Assembly (NCBI GenBank): GCA_947479935.1
Contig: CANKBG010000003.1
Span: forward strand, 18,848 to 82,847
Length of the DNA stretch: 64,000 nucleotides
DNA from: Comamonadaceae bacterium
GTDB taxonomy: Bacteria > Pseudomonadota > Gammaproteobacteria > Burkholderiales > Burkholderiaceae_C
Direction: 5' to 3'
Every line of letters begins with the position of its first letter. Positions within the stretch are counted from its first letter, which is position 1. Of the stretch, positions 40,410-51,728 are shown in pieces. The translations under genes and the position numbers were made by a program. The notes below the pieces were generated by a model, which was not told the origin of the DNA, ran no database searches, and worked only from the letters and a program-made list of their open reading frames with translations.

Positions 40410-42305
40410 ATGGTTCAATATGCGGATTTTCACAAGCGTTCCATTCAGGATCGGGATGCTTTCTGGGCAGAACAAGCGCAACAAATTGAGTGGCACAAAG
40501 CACCTCAAGAAATTTGCGACTACACCAACCCGCCCTTTGTCAAATGGTTCAAGGGGGGTGAAACCAATTTGTGTCACAACGCCGTCGACCGACATTTGAA
40601 AGATCGCGGTAACCAAGCTGCCCTGATTTTCATCTCGACTGAAACCGATCAAGAAGTCACTTACACCTACAAGCAGTTGCATGCAGAAGTACAACGCATG
40701 GCGGCATCGTTATTGTCTTTGGGTGTTAAAAAAGGCGACCGCGTTTTGATCTACATGCCCATGATTGCAGAGGCATCCTTTGCCATGCTGGCTTGTGCGC
40801 GCATTGGCGCTATTCACTCTGTGGTGTTTGGTGGTTTTGCTTCTGGTTCTTTGGCCTCGCGCATTGAAGATGCTTCACCCAAGGTGATTGTGAGTGCAGA
40901 CGCAGGATCACGCGGTGGCAAGGTGGTGGAATACAAACCTCTTTTGGACGAGGCCATTCGTTTGTCATCGCACAAACCAAATGCCTTGTTGTTGGTGGAG
41001 CGCGGCTTGGCCACAATGGCCATGACAGAAGGTCGTGATGTGCTTTGGTCTAAATTGCGAGAAACACATCTTAACGATGTGGTACCTTGCGAATGGGTCG
41101 ATGCCACACACCCAAGTTATACGCTGTACACATCGGGTACCACCGGAAAGCCCAAGGGCGTGCAACGCGATACCGGTGGTTACGCCGTGGCGCTGGCTTC
41201 CAGCATTCCCAATATCTTTTGCGGCAAACCCGGCGAAACATTTTTCTGCACCAGCGACATTGGCTGGGTGGTGGGACACAGTTACATCATTTACGGCCCC
41301 CTCATTGGCGGCATGGCCACCATCCTTTATGAGGGCCTGCCAACGCGTCCTGATGGCGGCGTCTGGTGGAGCTTGGTAGAAAAATACAAAGTGACCGTCA
41401 TGTTCAGTGCGCCTACAGCCATACGCGTGTTGAAAAAACAAGATCCAGCATTGCTGAGCAAATACGATTTGTCCAGCTTGAAAGCTTTGTTCTTGGCGGG
41501 TGAGCCGTTGGACGAACCTACGGCCAAGTGGATTTCGGAAGGTCTGGGCAAACCTATCATCGACAACTATTGGCAAACAGAATCTGGCTGGCCCATTTTG
41601 ACGGTGTGCAATGGCATTGAAAAAACCCTTAGCAAGTTTGGCTCACCAGGCAAAGCTGTATACGGTTACGACGTGAAGTTGTTGGACGATCAAACGGGTG
41701 AAGAATTGACTGCGCCGAATCAAAAAGGCGTGGTCGCCATTGAAGGTCCCTTGCCTCCGGGTTGCTTGCAAACAGTTTGGGGTGACGACGATCGCTTTGT
41801 TAAAACTTATTGGACCACCGTACCGGGTAAAACCATTTACTCGACCTTCGATTGGGGCATTAAAGATGAAGATGGTTATTTCTTCATTTTGGGCAGGACC
41901 GATGATGTGATCAATGTCGCGGGCCATCGTTTGGGGACGCGTGAAATTGAAGAAAGCATTTCCGGTCATCCCGCTGTGGCCGAAGTGGCTGTGGTGGGCG
42001 TGGCTGACAATTTGAAGGGCCAAGTGGCCATGGCCTTTGTCGTGCCCAAGGATGGGGCTTTGCTAACAGAACCCCAATCCTTGCTCAAATTGGAGGGCGA
42101 GATCATGAAGGTGGTCGACACCTCCTTGGGCGCGGTGGCCCGGCCTTCGCGCGTTCGCTTTGTGTCTGTGTTGCCCAAAACACGGAGTGGCAAATTGCTA
42201 CGGCGTGCCATTCAAGCGGTTTGCGAAGGTCGTGACCCCGGCGATCTCACCACCATGGACGATCCATCTGCATTGCTTCAAATATCAAATCTGTTCAAAG
42301 CTTGA
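40410..42305 (+). CDS. prpE: Propionate-CoA ligase
   Basis: GGETNLCHNAVDRH, YTSGTTGKPKG, DNYWQTE, PKTRSGK. SD GGAG precedes the ATG. Confidence 0.88.
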   Translation: MVQYADFHKRSIQDRDAFWAEQAQQIEWHKAPQEICDYTNPPFVKWFKGGETNLCHNAVDRHLKDRGNQAALIFISTETDQEVTYTYKQLHAEVQRMAASLLSLGVKKGDRVLIYMPMIAEASFAMLACARIGAIHSVVFGGFASGSLASRIEDASPKVIVSADAGSRGGKVVEYKPLLDEAIRLSSHKPNALLLVERGLATMAMTEGRDVLWSKLRETHLNDVVPCEWVDATHPSYTLYTSGTTGKPKGVQRDTGGYAVALASSIPNIFCGKPGETFFCTSDIGWVVGHSYIIYGPLIGGMATILYEGLPTRPDGGVWWSLVEKYKVTVMFSAPTAIRVLKKQDPALLSKYDLSSLKALFLAGEPLDEPTAKWISEGLGKPIIDNYWQTESGWPILTVCNGIEKTLSKFGSPGKAVYGYDVKLLDDQTGEELTAPNQKGVVAIEGPLPPGCLQTVWGDDDRFVKTYWTTVPGKTIYSTFDWGIKDEDGYFFILGRTDDVINVAGHRLGTREIEESISGHPAVAEVAVVGVADNLKGQVAMAFVVPKDGALLTEPQSLLKLEGEIMKVVDTSLGAVARPSRVRFVSVLPKTRSGKLLRRAIQAVCEGRDPGDLTTMDDPSALLQISNLFKA

Positions 42306-42340
42306 AGCGGATCATTTGTCATTGAACTGACAAATGGTTC

Positions 42341-42371
42341 ACGGGATGGATCTGTTTTCATCCCGTTTTTT
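42341..42371 (+). terminator. Intrinsic terminator after prpE
   Basis: ACGGGATG...CATCCCGT stem followed by a T-run. Confidence 0.75.
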
Positions 42372-42439
42372 GTTGAAAAAAGAGTCCGCGCGTTGCAAAT
42401 CAATGGGATAATGCGCAAGTTACTAAGGCCCTTCCCCAT

Positions 42440-42532
42440 GCCACAGTCGCATCCGCCAATCGGTCCAGCCGTGTCGCGGAAGGTATATCAACCAACTAAT
42501 GTTCCCTGCAGGGGAGCGAAGGTCAGCGAAAA
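42440..42532 (+). ncRNA. Candidate sucA RNA motif (cis-regulatory leader); boundaries approximate
   Basis: Hairpin GTTCCC-TGCAG-GGGAGC (42501-42517) adjoining the GAAGG SD of sucA; resembles the Burkholderiales sucA motif from memory. Confidence 0.55.
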
Positions 42533-45403
42533 ATGAGTGAGACAAAGTCCGTCTACACCGCCTATCAAGGCAACACCTATCTCTTCGGAGGCAATGCGCC
42601 TTACGTTGAGGAAATGTACGAGAACTACCTGGCCAATCCAGGCAGCGTTCCCGATAGTTGGCGCGAATACTTCGACGCCCTTCAACATGTTCCTGCATCC
42701 GATGGCTCATCCGCCAAAGATGTTCCCCATTTGCCGGTCATCAATGCATTTGCTGAACGCGCCAAACAAGGTGGCACCAAAGTTGTCATGGCCAGTGCCG
42801 ATGCCGAAATGGGTCGCAAACGTACAGCTGCTCAACAGCTCATCGCGGCTTACCGCAATGTGGGCCAGCGCTGGGCCGATCTCGACCCCTTGAAGCGCAC
42901 AGAGCGTCCCGACATTCCCGAACTCGATCCTTCTTTCTACGGTTTTACCGATGCCGACCAAGAAACTGTGTTTGACACCAGCAACACATTCTTTGGTAAA
43001 AATTCGATGCCACTGCGTGAATTGCTCAATGCTTTGCGCGCAACCTATTGCGGCACTTTGGGCGCCGAATTCATGTACACCACCGACCAAGCTGAGAAGC
43101 GTTGGTGGCAACAAAAGTTGGAAAGCATTCGCAGCAAACCCAACTTCAATGCGGATCAGAAAAAGCACATCCTCGATCGCCTCACAGCAGCCGAAGGCTT
43201 AGAGCGTTTTCTCCACACTAAATATGTGGGCCAAAAGCGCTTTTCATTGGAAGGTGGCGAAACCTTCATTGCGGCGATGGATGAATTAATCCAATCTGCT
43301 GGCGAAAAAGGCGTTCAAGAAATGGTCATTGGCATGGCCCACCGAGGTCGCTTGAACGTGTTGGTTAATTCCATGGGCAAATTGCCCAAAGACTTGTTCG
43401 CTGAGTTTGATCACACAGCACCTGAAGAGTTACCCGCCGGTGACGTGAAGTACCACCAAGGTTTCAGCTCCGACATCAGCACTCGTGGCGGCCCTGTTCA
43501 CTTGTCTTTGGCTTTTAACCCTTCTCACCTTGAAATTGTCAACCCTGTGGTTGAGGGTTCTGTGCGCGCACGCATGGATCGTAGGGCCGATCCGCTGGGT
43601 AAACAAGTCTTGCCTGTGTTGGTTCACGGTGATGCGGCGTTTGCAGGTCAGGGCGTGAATCAAGAAACTTTGGCGCTGGCCCAAACTCGTGGCTATTCCA
43701 CGGGCGGCACTGTTCACATCATCATCAACAATCAAATTGGTTTCACCACCTCTGATCCGCGTGACATGGGCTCTACGGTGTATTGCACTGACATTGTCAA
43801 AATGGTGGAAGCGCCTGTGTTGCACGTCAATGCAGACGACCCAGAAACAGTGGTGTTGGCCACTCAAATTGCACTTGAATACCGCATGGTGTTTAACAAA
43901 GATGTGGTCCTTGACATCATCTGTTTCCGCAAGTTGGGCCATAACGAGCAAGATACCCCTAGCCTGACACAGCCCTTGATGTACAAGAAAATCAGTGCCC
44001 ATCCTGGTACGCGCAAGTTGTTTGCCGACCGTTTGGCCGCACAAGGTTTGGGGGACACTTTGGGTGACGACATGGTCAAGGCCTGCCGCGCAGCATTGGA
44101 TGCAGGCAAGCACACTGACAGCGATCCTGTTTTGACAAACTTCAAAACCAATTACTCTGTGGACTGGGCGCCGTTCCTAAATCAAAAATGGACAGATGCG
44201 GGCAGTACAGCTTTGCCGATGGCTGAATGGAAGCGAATTTCTGAAAAAATTACCACTTTACCAAGCAGCGTGACGCCGCATCAGTTGGTGAAAAACGTTT
44301 ACGACAACCGTGCAGCCATGGGGCGTGGTGATATCCCGGTCGATTGGGGCATGGGCGAGCACATGGCGTTTGCTTCCTTGGTGGCCAGCGGTTATCCCGT
44401 TCGTCTGTCGGGCGAAGATTGCGGCCGCGGCACCTTCACCCACCGTCACGCAGTCATTCATGATCAAAACCGTGAGAAGTGGGACATCGGAACTTATGTG
44501 CCATTGCAAAACGTCACAGAAAACCAAGCCCCATTTGTGGTGATCGATTCGATCTTGTCAGAAGAGGCTGTGCTTGCCTTTGAATATGGCTATGCTTCAA
44601 ACGATCCCAACACCTTGGTCATTTGGGAAGCGCAGTTCGGTGACTTCGCCAACGGTGCGCAAGTGGTGATCGATCAATTTATTGCCTCAGGTGAAGTGAA
44701 GTGGGGTCGTGTCAATGGCCTCACGCTCATGTTGCCCCACGGTTATGAAGGTCAAGGACCTGAGCACAGTTCAGCACGTTTAGAGCGTTTCATGCAATTG
44801 GCAGCAGACACCAACATGCAAATTGTTCAGCCAACCACGGCCAGCCAAATCTTCCACGTCTTGCGTCGTCAAATGGTTCGCAATTTGCGCAAGCCCTTGA
44901 TCATCTTCACGCCCAAGTCATTGCTGCGTAACAAAGACGCCACATCACCTTTGTCAGAATTCACAAAGGGTGGCTTCCAAACAGTGATTCCTGAAAACCA
45001 AGCACTTAAAGCTGACAGGGTCAAACGTGTGCTGATGTGTTCAGGCAAGGTTTACTACGACTTGGTTAAAAAGCGTGAGGAGCTGGATGCAGATGACACG
45101 GCTATTCTGCGTGTTGAGCAGCTGTACCCATTCCCACACAAAGCTTTTGCAGCCGAATTGAAAAAGTACCCCAACGCCACAGATTTGGTGTGGACGCAAG
45201 ACGAGCCACAAAATCAAGGCGCATGGTTCTTTGTGCAGCACTACATCCACGAGAACATGTCAGAAGGTCAGCGCTTGGGTTACTCCGGCCGCGCTGCCTC
45301 TGCCTCACCCGCGGTGGGATATTCACACCTCCACCAAGAGCAACAAAAAGCGCTGGTTGACGGTGCTTTCGGCAAGATCAAAGGCTTTGTGTTAACCAAG
45401 TAA
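42533..45403 (+). CDS. sucA: 2-oxoglutarate dehydrogenase E1
   Basis: KRFSLEG, GMAHRGRLN, HGDAAFAGQG, GHNE, WEAQFGDF. Confidence 0.98.
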   Translation: MSETKSVYTAYQGNTYLFGGNAPYVEEMYENYLANPGSVPDSWREYFDALQHVPASDGSSAKDVPHLPVINAFAERAKQGGTKVVMASADAEMGRKRTAAQQLIAAYRNVGQRWADLDPLKRTERPDIPELDPSFYGFTDADQETVFDTSNTFFGKNSMPLRELLNALRATYCGTLGAEFMYTTDQAEKRWWQQKLESIRSKPNFNADQKKHILDRLTAAEGLERFLHTKYVGQKRFSLEGGETFIAAMDELIQSAGEKGVQEMVIGMAHRGRLNVLVNSMGKLPKDLFAEFDHTAPEELPAGDVKYHQGFSSDISTRGGPVHLSLAFNPSHLEIVNPVVEGSVRARMDRRADPLGKQVLPVLVHGDAAFAGQGVNQETLALAQTRGYSTGGTVHIIINNQIGFTTSDPRDMGSTVYCTDIVKMVEAPVLHVNADDPETVVLATQIALEYRMVFNKDVVLDIICFRKLGHNEQDTPSLTQPLMYKKISAHPGTRKLFADRLAAQGLGDTLGDDMVKACRAALDAGKHTDSDPVLTNFKTNYSVDWAPFLNQKWTDAGSTALPMAEWKRISEKITTLPSSVTPHQLVKNVYDNRAAMGRGDIPVDWGMGEHMAFASLVASGYPVRLSGEDCGRGTFTHRHAVIHDQNREKWDIGTYVPLQNVTENQAPFVVIDSILSEEAVLAFEYGYASNDPNTLVIWEAQFGDFANGAQVVIDQFIASGEVKWGRVNGLTLMLPHGYEGQGPEHSSARLERFMQLAADTNMQIVQPTTASQIFHVLRRQMVRNLRKPLIIFTPKSLLRNKDATSPLSEFTKGGFQTVIPENQALKADRVKRVLMCSGKVYYDLVKKREELDADDTAILRVEQLYPFPHKAFAAELKKYPNATDLVWTQDEPQNQGAWFFVQHYIHENMSEGQRLGYSGRAASASPAVGYSHLHQEQQKALVDGAFGKIKGFVLTK

Positions 45404-45448
45404 TGTTGATACAGATTCATGCATTGAACCTATTTAGAAAGAATTGAA

Positions 45449-46702
45449 ATGGCCATCGTCGAAGTTAAAGTTCCGCAGCTCTCTGAGTCTGTGTCTGAAG
45501 CCACCATGTTGCAGTGGAAAAAGAAAGTCGGAGACAGTGTTGCTGCCGATGAAATACTGATTGAAATTGAAACAGACAAAGTGGTCTTGGAAGTACCCGC
45601 ACCCTCTGCAGGTGTTTTGTCCGAAATTTTGGTCACCGATGGTGGCACCGTCGCTGCAGAGCAACTCATTGCACGCATTGACACCGATGGCAAAGTTTTC
45701 GCATCTGCGCCTTCGATCTCTGCAGTGCCAGCGCCTAAAGCCAGTGCGCCTGCCGCAGTTGCAGCTGCACAAGGCAACGCCATGGCCGGTGTGGCCATGC
45801 CTGCAGCAGCCAAGCTGATGGCCGACAATCATTTGTCTGCTGGATCCGTGGCGGGTTCAGGCAAAGACGGTCGCGTGACAAAGGGCGATGTCTTGTCTGC
45901 TGTCGCTGGTGGTGCCAAGCCTTCTGTGCAAGTTTCTATCCCAACGGGTGTGCCTACTAGCTTTCTGCCACAAGTGGCTGCACCTGCAGTGAACTTGGGC
46001 GACCGCCCTGAGCAACGCGTGCCCATGACACGCTTGCGAGCACGAGTGGCTGAGCGGTTGTTGCAATCACAATCTAGCAACGCTATCTTGACCACGTTCA
46101 ATGAAGTCAACATGGCGCCTGTCATGGACATGCGCAAGCGCTTCCAAGACAAGTTCGAAAAAGAGCACGGCATCAAGTTGGGCTTTATGAGCTTTTTTGT
46201 CAAAGCTGCTGTGCACGCTTTGAAGAAATACCCCGTGTTGAATGCCTCAGTCGATGGCAACGACATCGTCTACCACGGCTATTTTGACATCGGCATTGCT
46301 GTGGGTTCACCACGTGGTTTGGTCGTGCCAATTTTGCGCAATGCCGACCAAATGAGCTTTGCCGACATTGAGAAAAAAATTGCTGAATTTGGCGCCAAGG
46401 CCAAAGACGGTAAGTTGGGTATTGAAGACATGACCGGCGGCACGTTCTCCATCTCCAATGGCGGTACGTTTGGCTCCATGATGTCCACCCCCATCATTAA
46501 CCCGCCTCAGTCTGCCATTTTGGGTGTGCACGCTACCAAAGACCGCGCCATGGTTGAAAACGGCCAAGTGGTGGTTCGCCCCATGAACTATTTCGCCATG
46601 TCTTACGACCACCGCATCATTGACGGCCGCGAAGCTGTCTTGGGCTTGGTGGCGATGAAAGAAGCGTTGGAAGATCCGTCACGCTTGTTGTTTGACATCT
46701 AA
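45449..46702 (+). CDS. sucB: 2-oxoglutarate dehydrogenase E2
   Basis: ETDKV lipoyl site, [17 protein letters not shown]. Confidence 0.98.
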   Translation: MAIVEVKVPQLSESVSEATMLQWKKKVGDSVAADEILIEIETDKVVLEVPAPSAGVLSEILVTDGGTVAAEQLIARIDTDGKVFASAPSISAVPAPKASAPAAVAAAQGNAMAGVAMPAAAKLMADNHLSAGSVAGSGKDGRVTKGDVLSAVAGGAKPSVQVSIPTGVPTSFLPQVAAPAVNLGDRPEQRVPMTRLRARVAERLLQSQSSNAILTTFNEVNMAPVMDMRKRFQDKFEKEHGIKLGFMSFFVKAAVHALKKYPVLNASVDGNDIVYHGYFDIGIAVGSPRGLVVPILRNADQMSFADIEKKIAEFGAKAKDGKLGIEDMTGGTFSISNGGTFGSMMSTPIINPPQSAILGVHATKDRAMVENGQVVVRPMNYFAMSYDHRIIDGREAVLGLVAMKEALEDPSRLLFDI

Positions 46703-46721
46703 GGATATATTAGGAATTAGC

Positions 46722-48149
46722 ATGAGCAAACAATTTGATGTGGTCGTCATTGGTGGCGGCCCTGGCGGCTACATTGCGGCCATTCGTGCAGCCCAATTGG
46801 GTTTTCAAGTGGCCTGCGTTGATGAATGGAAAAATGCGGCCGGCGGCTCAGCCCTCGGGGGTACTTGCACCAACGTCGGTTGCATTCCTTCCAAAGCCTT
46901 GTTGCAGTCTTCTGAGCACTTCGATCAAGCTAACCATCACTTTGCCGATCACGGCATTGAGATGAAAGGTGTGAGCATGGATGTGGCCAAGATGCTTGCC
47001 CGCAAAGACACGGTCGTGAAGCAAAATAACGATGGTATTTTGTACTTGTTCAAAAAGAACAAAGTGTCTTTCTTTCACGGCCGCGCTTCATTCAGCAAAG
47101 CCGTTGAGGAAGGTTATGAAGTTGCCGTCACTGGCGCCGCCAATGAAACATTGATCGGCCAAAACATCATTGTGGCCACTGGCTCCAATGCCCGTGCATT
47201 GCCCGGTACGCCTTTTGACGAAGTCAATGTTCTGTCTAACGATGGTGCTTTGAATGTGGGTGCTGTGCCTAAAAAACTGGTGCTCATTGGCTCGGGTGTC
47301 ATTGGCCTTGAAATGGGTTCTGTATGGCGCCGTCTTGGCGCTGAAGTCACCATCCTTGAAGGGCTTCCTACTTTCTTGGGTGCCGTTGATGCGCAAATTG
47401 CCAAAGAAGCTAAAAAAGCTTTTGACAAACAAGGTTTGAAAATAGAACTCGGCGTGAAAGTCGGCGACATTCAAAATGGGAAAAAAGGCATCAAAGTGGC
47501 CTATACCAACGCCAAGGGCGAAGCCCAAAGCATTGAGGCAGACAAATTGATCGTGTCCATTGGCCGTGTACCCAACACCATTGGTTTGAATGCCGATGCG
47601 GTTGGCTTGAAGCTGGACGAGCGCGGGGCCATTGTGGTGGACGCTGAATGCAAAACCAACCTGCCTGGCGTTTGGGCAGTAGGTGATGTGGTGAGAGGCC
47701 CCATGTTGGCTCACAAAGCTGAGGAAGAGGGCGTTGCGGTGGCTGAACGCATTGCCGGTCAACACGGTCATGTCAACTTCAACACCATTCCTTGGGTGAT
47801 TTACACCAGCCCCGAGATTGCTTGGGTGGGCCGCACGGAGCAACAACTCAAAGCTGATGGCGTGGCTTACAAAGCCGGCACCTTCCCGTTCTTGGCCAAT
47901 GGTCGAGCCCGCGCCTTGGGCGACACCACTGGCATGGTGAAGTTCTTGGCCGATGCCAAGACAGACGAAATTTTGGGCGTGCACATTGTAGGCCCCATGG
48001 CCAGTGAACTCATCTCTGAGGCAGTTGTGGCAATGGAGTTCAGAGCCAGCGCTGAAGACATTGCCCGCATCTGCCATGCACATCCATCTCTCAGTGAAGC
48101 CACCAAAGAAGCTGCTTTGGCAGTGGACAACCGGACCTTGAACTTCTAA
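46722..48149 (+). CDS. lpdA: Dihydrolipoamide dehydrogenase (sucAB-linked paralogue)
   Basis: [21 protein letters not shown]; no lipoyl domain. Confidence 0.96.
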   Translation: MSKQFDVVVIGGGPGGYIAAIRAAQLGFQVACVDEWKNAAGGSALGGTCTNVGCIPSKALLQSSEHFDQANHHFADHGIEMKGVSMDVAKMLARKDTVVKQNNDGILYLFKKNKVSFFHGRASFSKAVEEGYEVAVTGAANETLIGQNIIVATGSNARALPGTPFDEVNVLSNDGALNVGAVPKKLVLIGSGVIGLEMGSVWRRLGAEVTILEGLPTFLGAVDAQIAKEAKKAFDKQGLKIELGVKVGDIQNGKKGIKVAYTNAKGEAQSIEADKLIVSIGRVPNTIGLNADAVGLKLDERGAIVVDAECKTNLPGVWAVGDVVRGPMLAHKAEEEGVAVAERIAGQHGHVNFNTIPWVIYTSPEIAWVGRTEQQLKADGVAYKAGTFPFLANGRARALGDTTGMVKFLADAKTDEILGVHIVGPMASELISEAVVAMEFRASAEDIARICHAHPSLSEATKEAALAVDNRTLNF

Positions 48150-48175
48150 GTTTTTTCAAGCCCCGTTAAACTATG

Positions 48176-48199
48176 AAGCCCGGGCCTGTCCCGGGTTTT
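48176..48199 (+). terminator. Probable terminator after sucAB-lpd
   Basis: AAGCCCGGG-CCTGT-CCCGGGTTTT. Confidence 0.5.
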
Positions 48200-48235
48200 C
48201 TACATCTAAAGAATAATTTTTGAAGCAAGCCACCC

Positions 48236-49333
48236 ATGTCCGTCCGATCAGCCTACGACCAAGAACTTCTCCATAGAGGCTATGAGTCGGATCCTGCGCA
48301 ACTGCAGGCCGTGGAAGCACTTGAGCGGTGTGCTCAAGAGTGGGCAGCTTATCAAGAAAGCATCAAGAGCCCTCTTCGGTTTTTGAAGAAAAAGCCAAAT
48401 CTACCGCAAGGGGTTTACATGTTTGGCGGCGTGGGCCGTGGCAAAAGTTTTTTGATGGATTGCTTTTACAACGCCGTGCCTGTGAAGGACAAAACGCGTT
48501 TGCATTTCCATGAGTTCATGCGTGAAGTACACCGCGAATTGACCTTGATGCAAGGCACAGTGAACCCCCTTCATGAATTGGGAAGGCGCATGGCAAAGCG
48601 TTATCAACTCATTTGCTTTGATGAGTTCCATGTCGCTGACATTACCGATGCCATGATTTTGCATCGCTTGTTAGTTTCTTTGTTTGAGAATGGTGTGAGT
48701 TTTGTCACCACTTCTAATTTCAAGCCCGACAGTTTGTACCCTGATGGTTTACATCGTGATCGATTGCTCCCTGCTATTGCACTGCTAAATCAGCGCATGC
48801 AAGTGATCAATGTAGACAATGGCACAGACTACCGAAGACGCACCCTGGAAATGGTCAAGCTCTACCATTGTCCGCTGGGCGCTGACGCCGACAGTGCCAT
48901 GGACAAAGCCTTTGATCAATTGGTGAGCGGTCAAGACGAAGATTCGGTTCTACACATTGAGGCGCGGGAAATCAAATCCAAGCGCCGTGCAGGTGGGGTG
49001 GTCTGGTTTGACTTTAGATCACTGTGTGGGGGGCCTCGTTCGCAAAACGATTATTTGGAAATTGCCTCCCAGTTCCATACGGTGCTTTTAAGCAACGTTC
49101 CCATGATGCCCCCCCGATTGGCATCAGAAGCAAGGCGATTTACGTGGTTGATCGATGTTCTTTACGATCGCCGTGTTAAATTGATTCTTTCTGCTGAGGT
49201 AGAACCCGAAGCGCTTTACACACAAGGCCCCTTGGCGCACGAATTTCCGAGAACCATTTCACGCTTGTATGAAATGCAATCCTCTGAATTTTTGGCGCTT
49301 GAGCATCGCACCGTCGATACCCATCTCACATGA
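48236..49333 (+). CDS. zapE: AFG1/ZapE-family ATPase
   Basis: GGVGRGKS, CFDEF, TTSNF, RRFTWLIDVLYD. Confidence 0.92.
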   Translation: MSVRSAYDQELLHRGYESDPAQLQAVEALERCAQEWAAYQESIKSPLRFLKKKPNLPQGVYMFGGVGRGKSFLMDCFYNAVPVKDKTRLHFHEFMREVHRELTLMQGTVNPLHELGRRMAKRYQLICFDEFHVADITDAMILHRLLVSLFENGVSFVTTSNFKPDSLYPDGLHRDRLLPAIALLNQRMQVINVDNGTDYRRRTLEMVKLYHCPLGADADSAMDKAFDQLVSGQDEDSVLHIEAREIKSKRRAGGVVWFDFRSLCGGPRSQNDYLEIASQFHTVLLSNVPMMPPRLASEARRFTWLIDVLYDRRVKLILSAEVEPEALYTQGPLAHEFPRTISRLYEMQSSEFLALEHRTVDTHLT

Positions 49334-49716
49334 GTTCCTTTTTCAAAAAATATTTTTGCGCAGTGATAGGGCTAAGCGCCTTGGTGTCAGTCAGCGAAAG
49401 CCTTTTTGCGCAAACTGCAGCCATTCCAAAAGGTGCGGCAGAGTTAAGTGCCATTGCTCAGCAGCGAGCGAGTATTGAAAAAGATAAAAAAGAGATACTT
49501 GATCAGTTTGAAAATGAATCCCAAGCTTGTTGGAAAAATTTTGCAGTCAACGATTGCTTGGCTAAAGCTCGACAAATTAAGTATCAAAACTTGGCGCCCT
49601 TGAATCAACGTGAAATTGCTTTAAATACAAGGCAACGGGCGTTGAAAGAAGCTGAAAGGCAACAGCGTTTGGCTGACAAAGCTGACGACACTTCAAAAGA
49701 CAAGGCGACGCCTTGA
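49330..49716 (+). CDS. Hypothetical exported protein
   Basis: Signal-peptide-like N-terminus, CWKNFAVNDC motif, coiled-coil tail; 4-nt overlaps with both neighbours. Confidence 0.75.
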   Translation: MSSFFKKYFCAVIGLSALVSVSESLFAQTAAIPKGAAELSAIAQQRASIEKDKKEILDQFENESQACWKNFAVNDCLAKARQIKYQNLAPLNQREIALNTRQRALKEAERQQRLADKADDTSKDKATP

Positions 49717-51728
49717 ATTCTTTTTTAGCATCTGTTGCCGCTTCATTTGCAGACGATGGCGTCATTGCCAAAGCCACCCCCCAGTTCAAGCCCAGAAGCG
49801 GCCAAACCGAAATGGCCATCGCGGTGTCAGAAACCATCTCTAGTGGTGGTGAATTGGTAGTAGAAGCGGGTACGGGCGTTGGCAAAACCTACGCGTATCT
49901 GGTGCCGGTGTTGCTCAGTGGCAAACGCGCGCTGGTGTCTACTGCTACCAAGGCCTTACAGGACCAACTTTTTTCAAGAGATATTCCCAAGCTGGTTGAA
50001 GCCTTGAAGTTGCCCATCCGTGTGGCCCTCTTAAAGGGTCGCGCCAGCTATTTATGCACTTACCGCATGTCGCAAGCCAGGCAAAGCAACGATGCTTCAC
50101 TGCGTATTCACATGCATGCCTTGAGCAAAATAGAAACATGGTCTCAATCAACGCGCAGTGGTGATCTGTCAGAACTTTCTGGCTTGGACGATCGTTCACC
50201 AGTGATCCCGTTGGTCACTTCCAATCGAGACAATTGCTTAGGTTCACCGTGTCCCAACTTTAAATCTTGCCATGTCAATTTGGCACGCAAAGAGGCTATG
50301 TCTGCCGATGTGGTCGTCATTAACCACCACTTGTTTTTTGCCGATTTGAATGTGCGTGAAACAGGTATGGCAGAGCTGTTGCCTTCCGTTGAAACGGTGG
50401 TCTTTGATGAAGCCCACCAGTTGAATGAAATTGGTATTAATTTCTTAGGGCAACACCTGAGCAGCAGTCAGTTGCTTGAACTCACTCGGGATATTTTGGG
50501 AGCGAGTGTTCAACTGGCAAGAGGCTTGGTTGACTGGACGCTTATTTGTAATGTGTTGGAAAAATCAGCACGCGATTTGCGCTTAACGGCGCAACATGTC
50601 CGTGCAGGATCACGCTTACGCTGGGCCGACCCCGTGCCAGATGACATTGAAACGGCAGACTGGCTGACAGCCATGGCACAGCTTCAGGTGGCATTGCAAG
50701 CGGCCCATGCGGCACTGGACACCGTGAGTGAAATGTCGCCCGATTTTGTTCGCTTACACGAACGGGTGAGTTTGCAATTGGGCTTGATTCAAAGCTTCCA
50801 AGACCCCTGCGCCGAAGGCTCAGTGCGCTGGGTTGAATTAGGCTCGTCGATGCGTTTGGTTGAATCACCCTTGGACATTTCTCGGGCTGTTCAAACGCAC
50901 ATGTTAAATCGGCCTGCAGCGACCGAAGCGAGTGCCGCCCCTCAAAAAACTTGGATTTTCACCTCTGCCACTTTGGGCGAGGATGATCAAATGCGTTGGT
51001 TTACTGAGCCTTGTGGCTTGAGCGAGGCCCGAAAACTTCGGGTTGCCAGTCCGTTTGATTATGAAACCATGGCGGCTATTTATGTGCCGAAGGACATGCC
51101 CAAACCGAACGATATGAACCATACGCGCACAGTGGCTTCTTGGGTTGAAAAGTACGCACGAGTATTGGGTGGTCGCACGTTGGTTCTAACCACCACGCTC
51201 AATGCCATGCGAAACATCGGCGAGGCCTTGACGGCAGCCCTTGGACAAAGTGGCGAGTTGGAAGTCTTGGTGCAAGGGCAGGGGCCTAAAAGGCGACTCA
51301 TGGAAAGATTCAGAGCGGGTAGCAGTGAAGGCGGCTTGGGATGCGTGTTGGTGGCATCTGCATCTTTTTGGGAGGGTTTTGATGTGCCTGGCGATGCACT
51401 GCAGTTGGTGGTCATCGACAAACTGCCATTTCCACCGCCCAATGATCCCTTGGTTGAAGCGCGGTCTCAGCGCTTAGAGTTTTTGGGAAAGAGCTCTTTC
51501 TCTGATTACAGTGTTCCAGAAGCTGCCGTGGCTTTGAAACAAGGCGCAGGCCGCTTAATTAGAAGTGAAACAGACCGTGGTTTGTTGGTGGTCTGTGACC
51601 CCCGCTTAACAAGCATGTCCTATGGTCGTCGCTTGATGGCGTGCTTGCCGCCCATGCGAAAAATAAATACCGAAGCCGACTTTGAATTGGCTTTGGCTCA
51701 ACTTACCAAAACTTCCACCACGCATTAG
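49713..51728 (+). CDS. DinG/YoaA-family Fe-S DNA helicase
   Basis: EAGTGVGKT, four Cys of the Fe-S region, DEAH, SFWEGFDV, QGAGRLIR. Confidence 0.93.
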   Translation: MNSFLASVAASFADDGVIAKATPQFKPRSGQTEMAIAVSETISSGGELVVEAGTGVGKTYAYLVPVLLSGKRALVSTATKALQDQLFSRDIPKLVEALKLPIRVALLKGRASYLCTYRMSQARQSNDASLRIHMHALSKIETWSQSTRSGDLSELSGLDDRSPVIPLVTSNRDNCLGSPCPNFKSCHVNLARKEAMSADVVVINHHLFFADLNVRETGMAELLPSVETVVFDEAHQLNEIGINFLGQHLSSSQLLELTRDILGASVQLARGLVDWTLICNVLEKSARDLRLTAQHVRAGSRLRWADPVPDDIETADWLTAMAQLQVALQAAHAALDTVSEMSPDFVRLHERVSLQLGLIQSFQDPCAEGSVRWVELGSSMRLVESPLDISRAVQTHMLNRPAATEASAAPQKTWIFTSATLGEDDQMRWFTEPCGLSEARKLRVASPFDYETMAAIYVPKDMPKPNDMNHTRTVASWVEKYARVLGGRTLVLTTTLNAMRNIGEALTAALGQSGELEVLVQGQGPKRRLMERFRAGSSEGGLGCVLVASASFWEGFDVPGDALQLVVIDKLPFPPPNDPLVEARSQRLEFLGKSSFSDYSVPEAAVALKQGAGRLIRSETDRGLLVVCDPRLTSMSYGRRLMACLPPMRKINTEADFELALAQLTKTSTTH

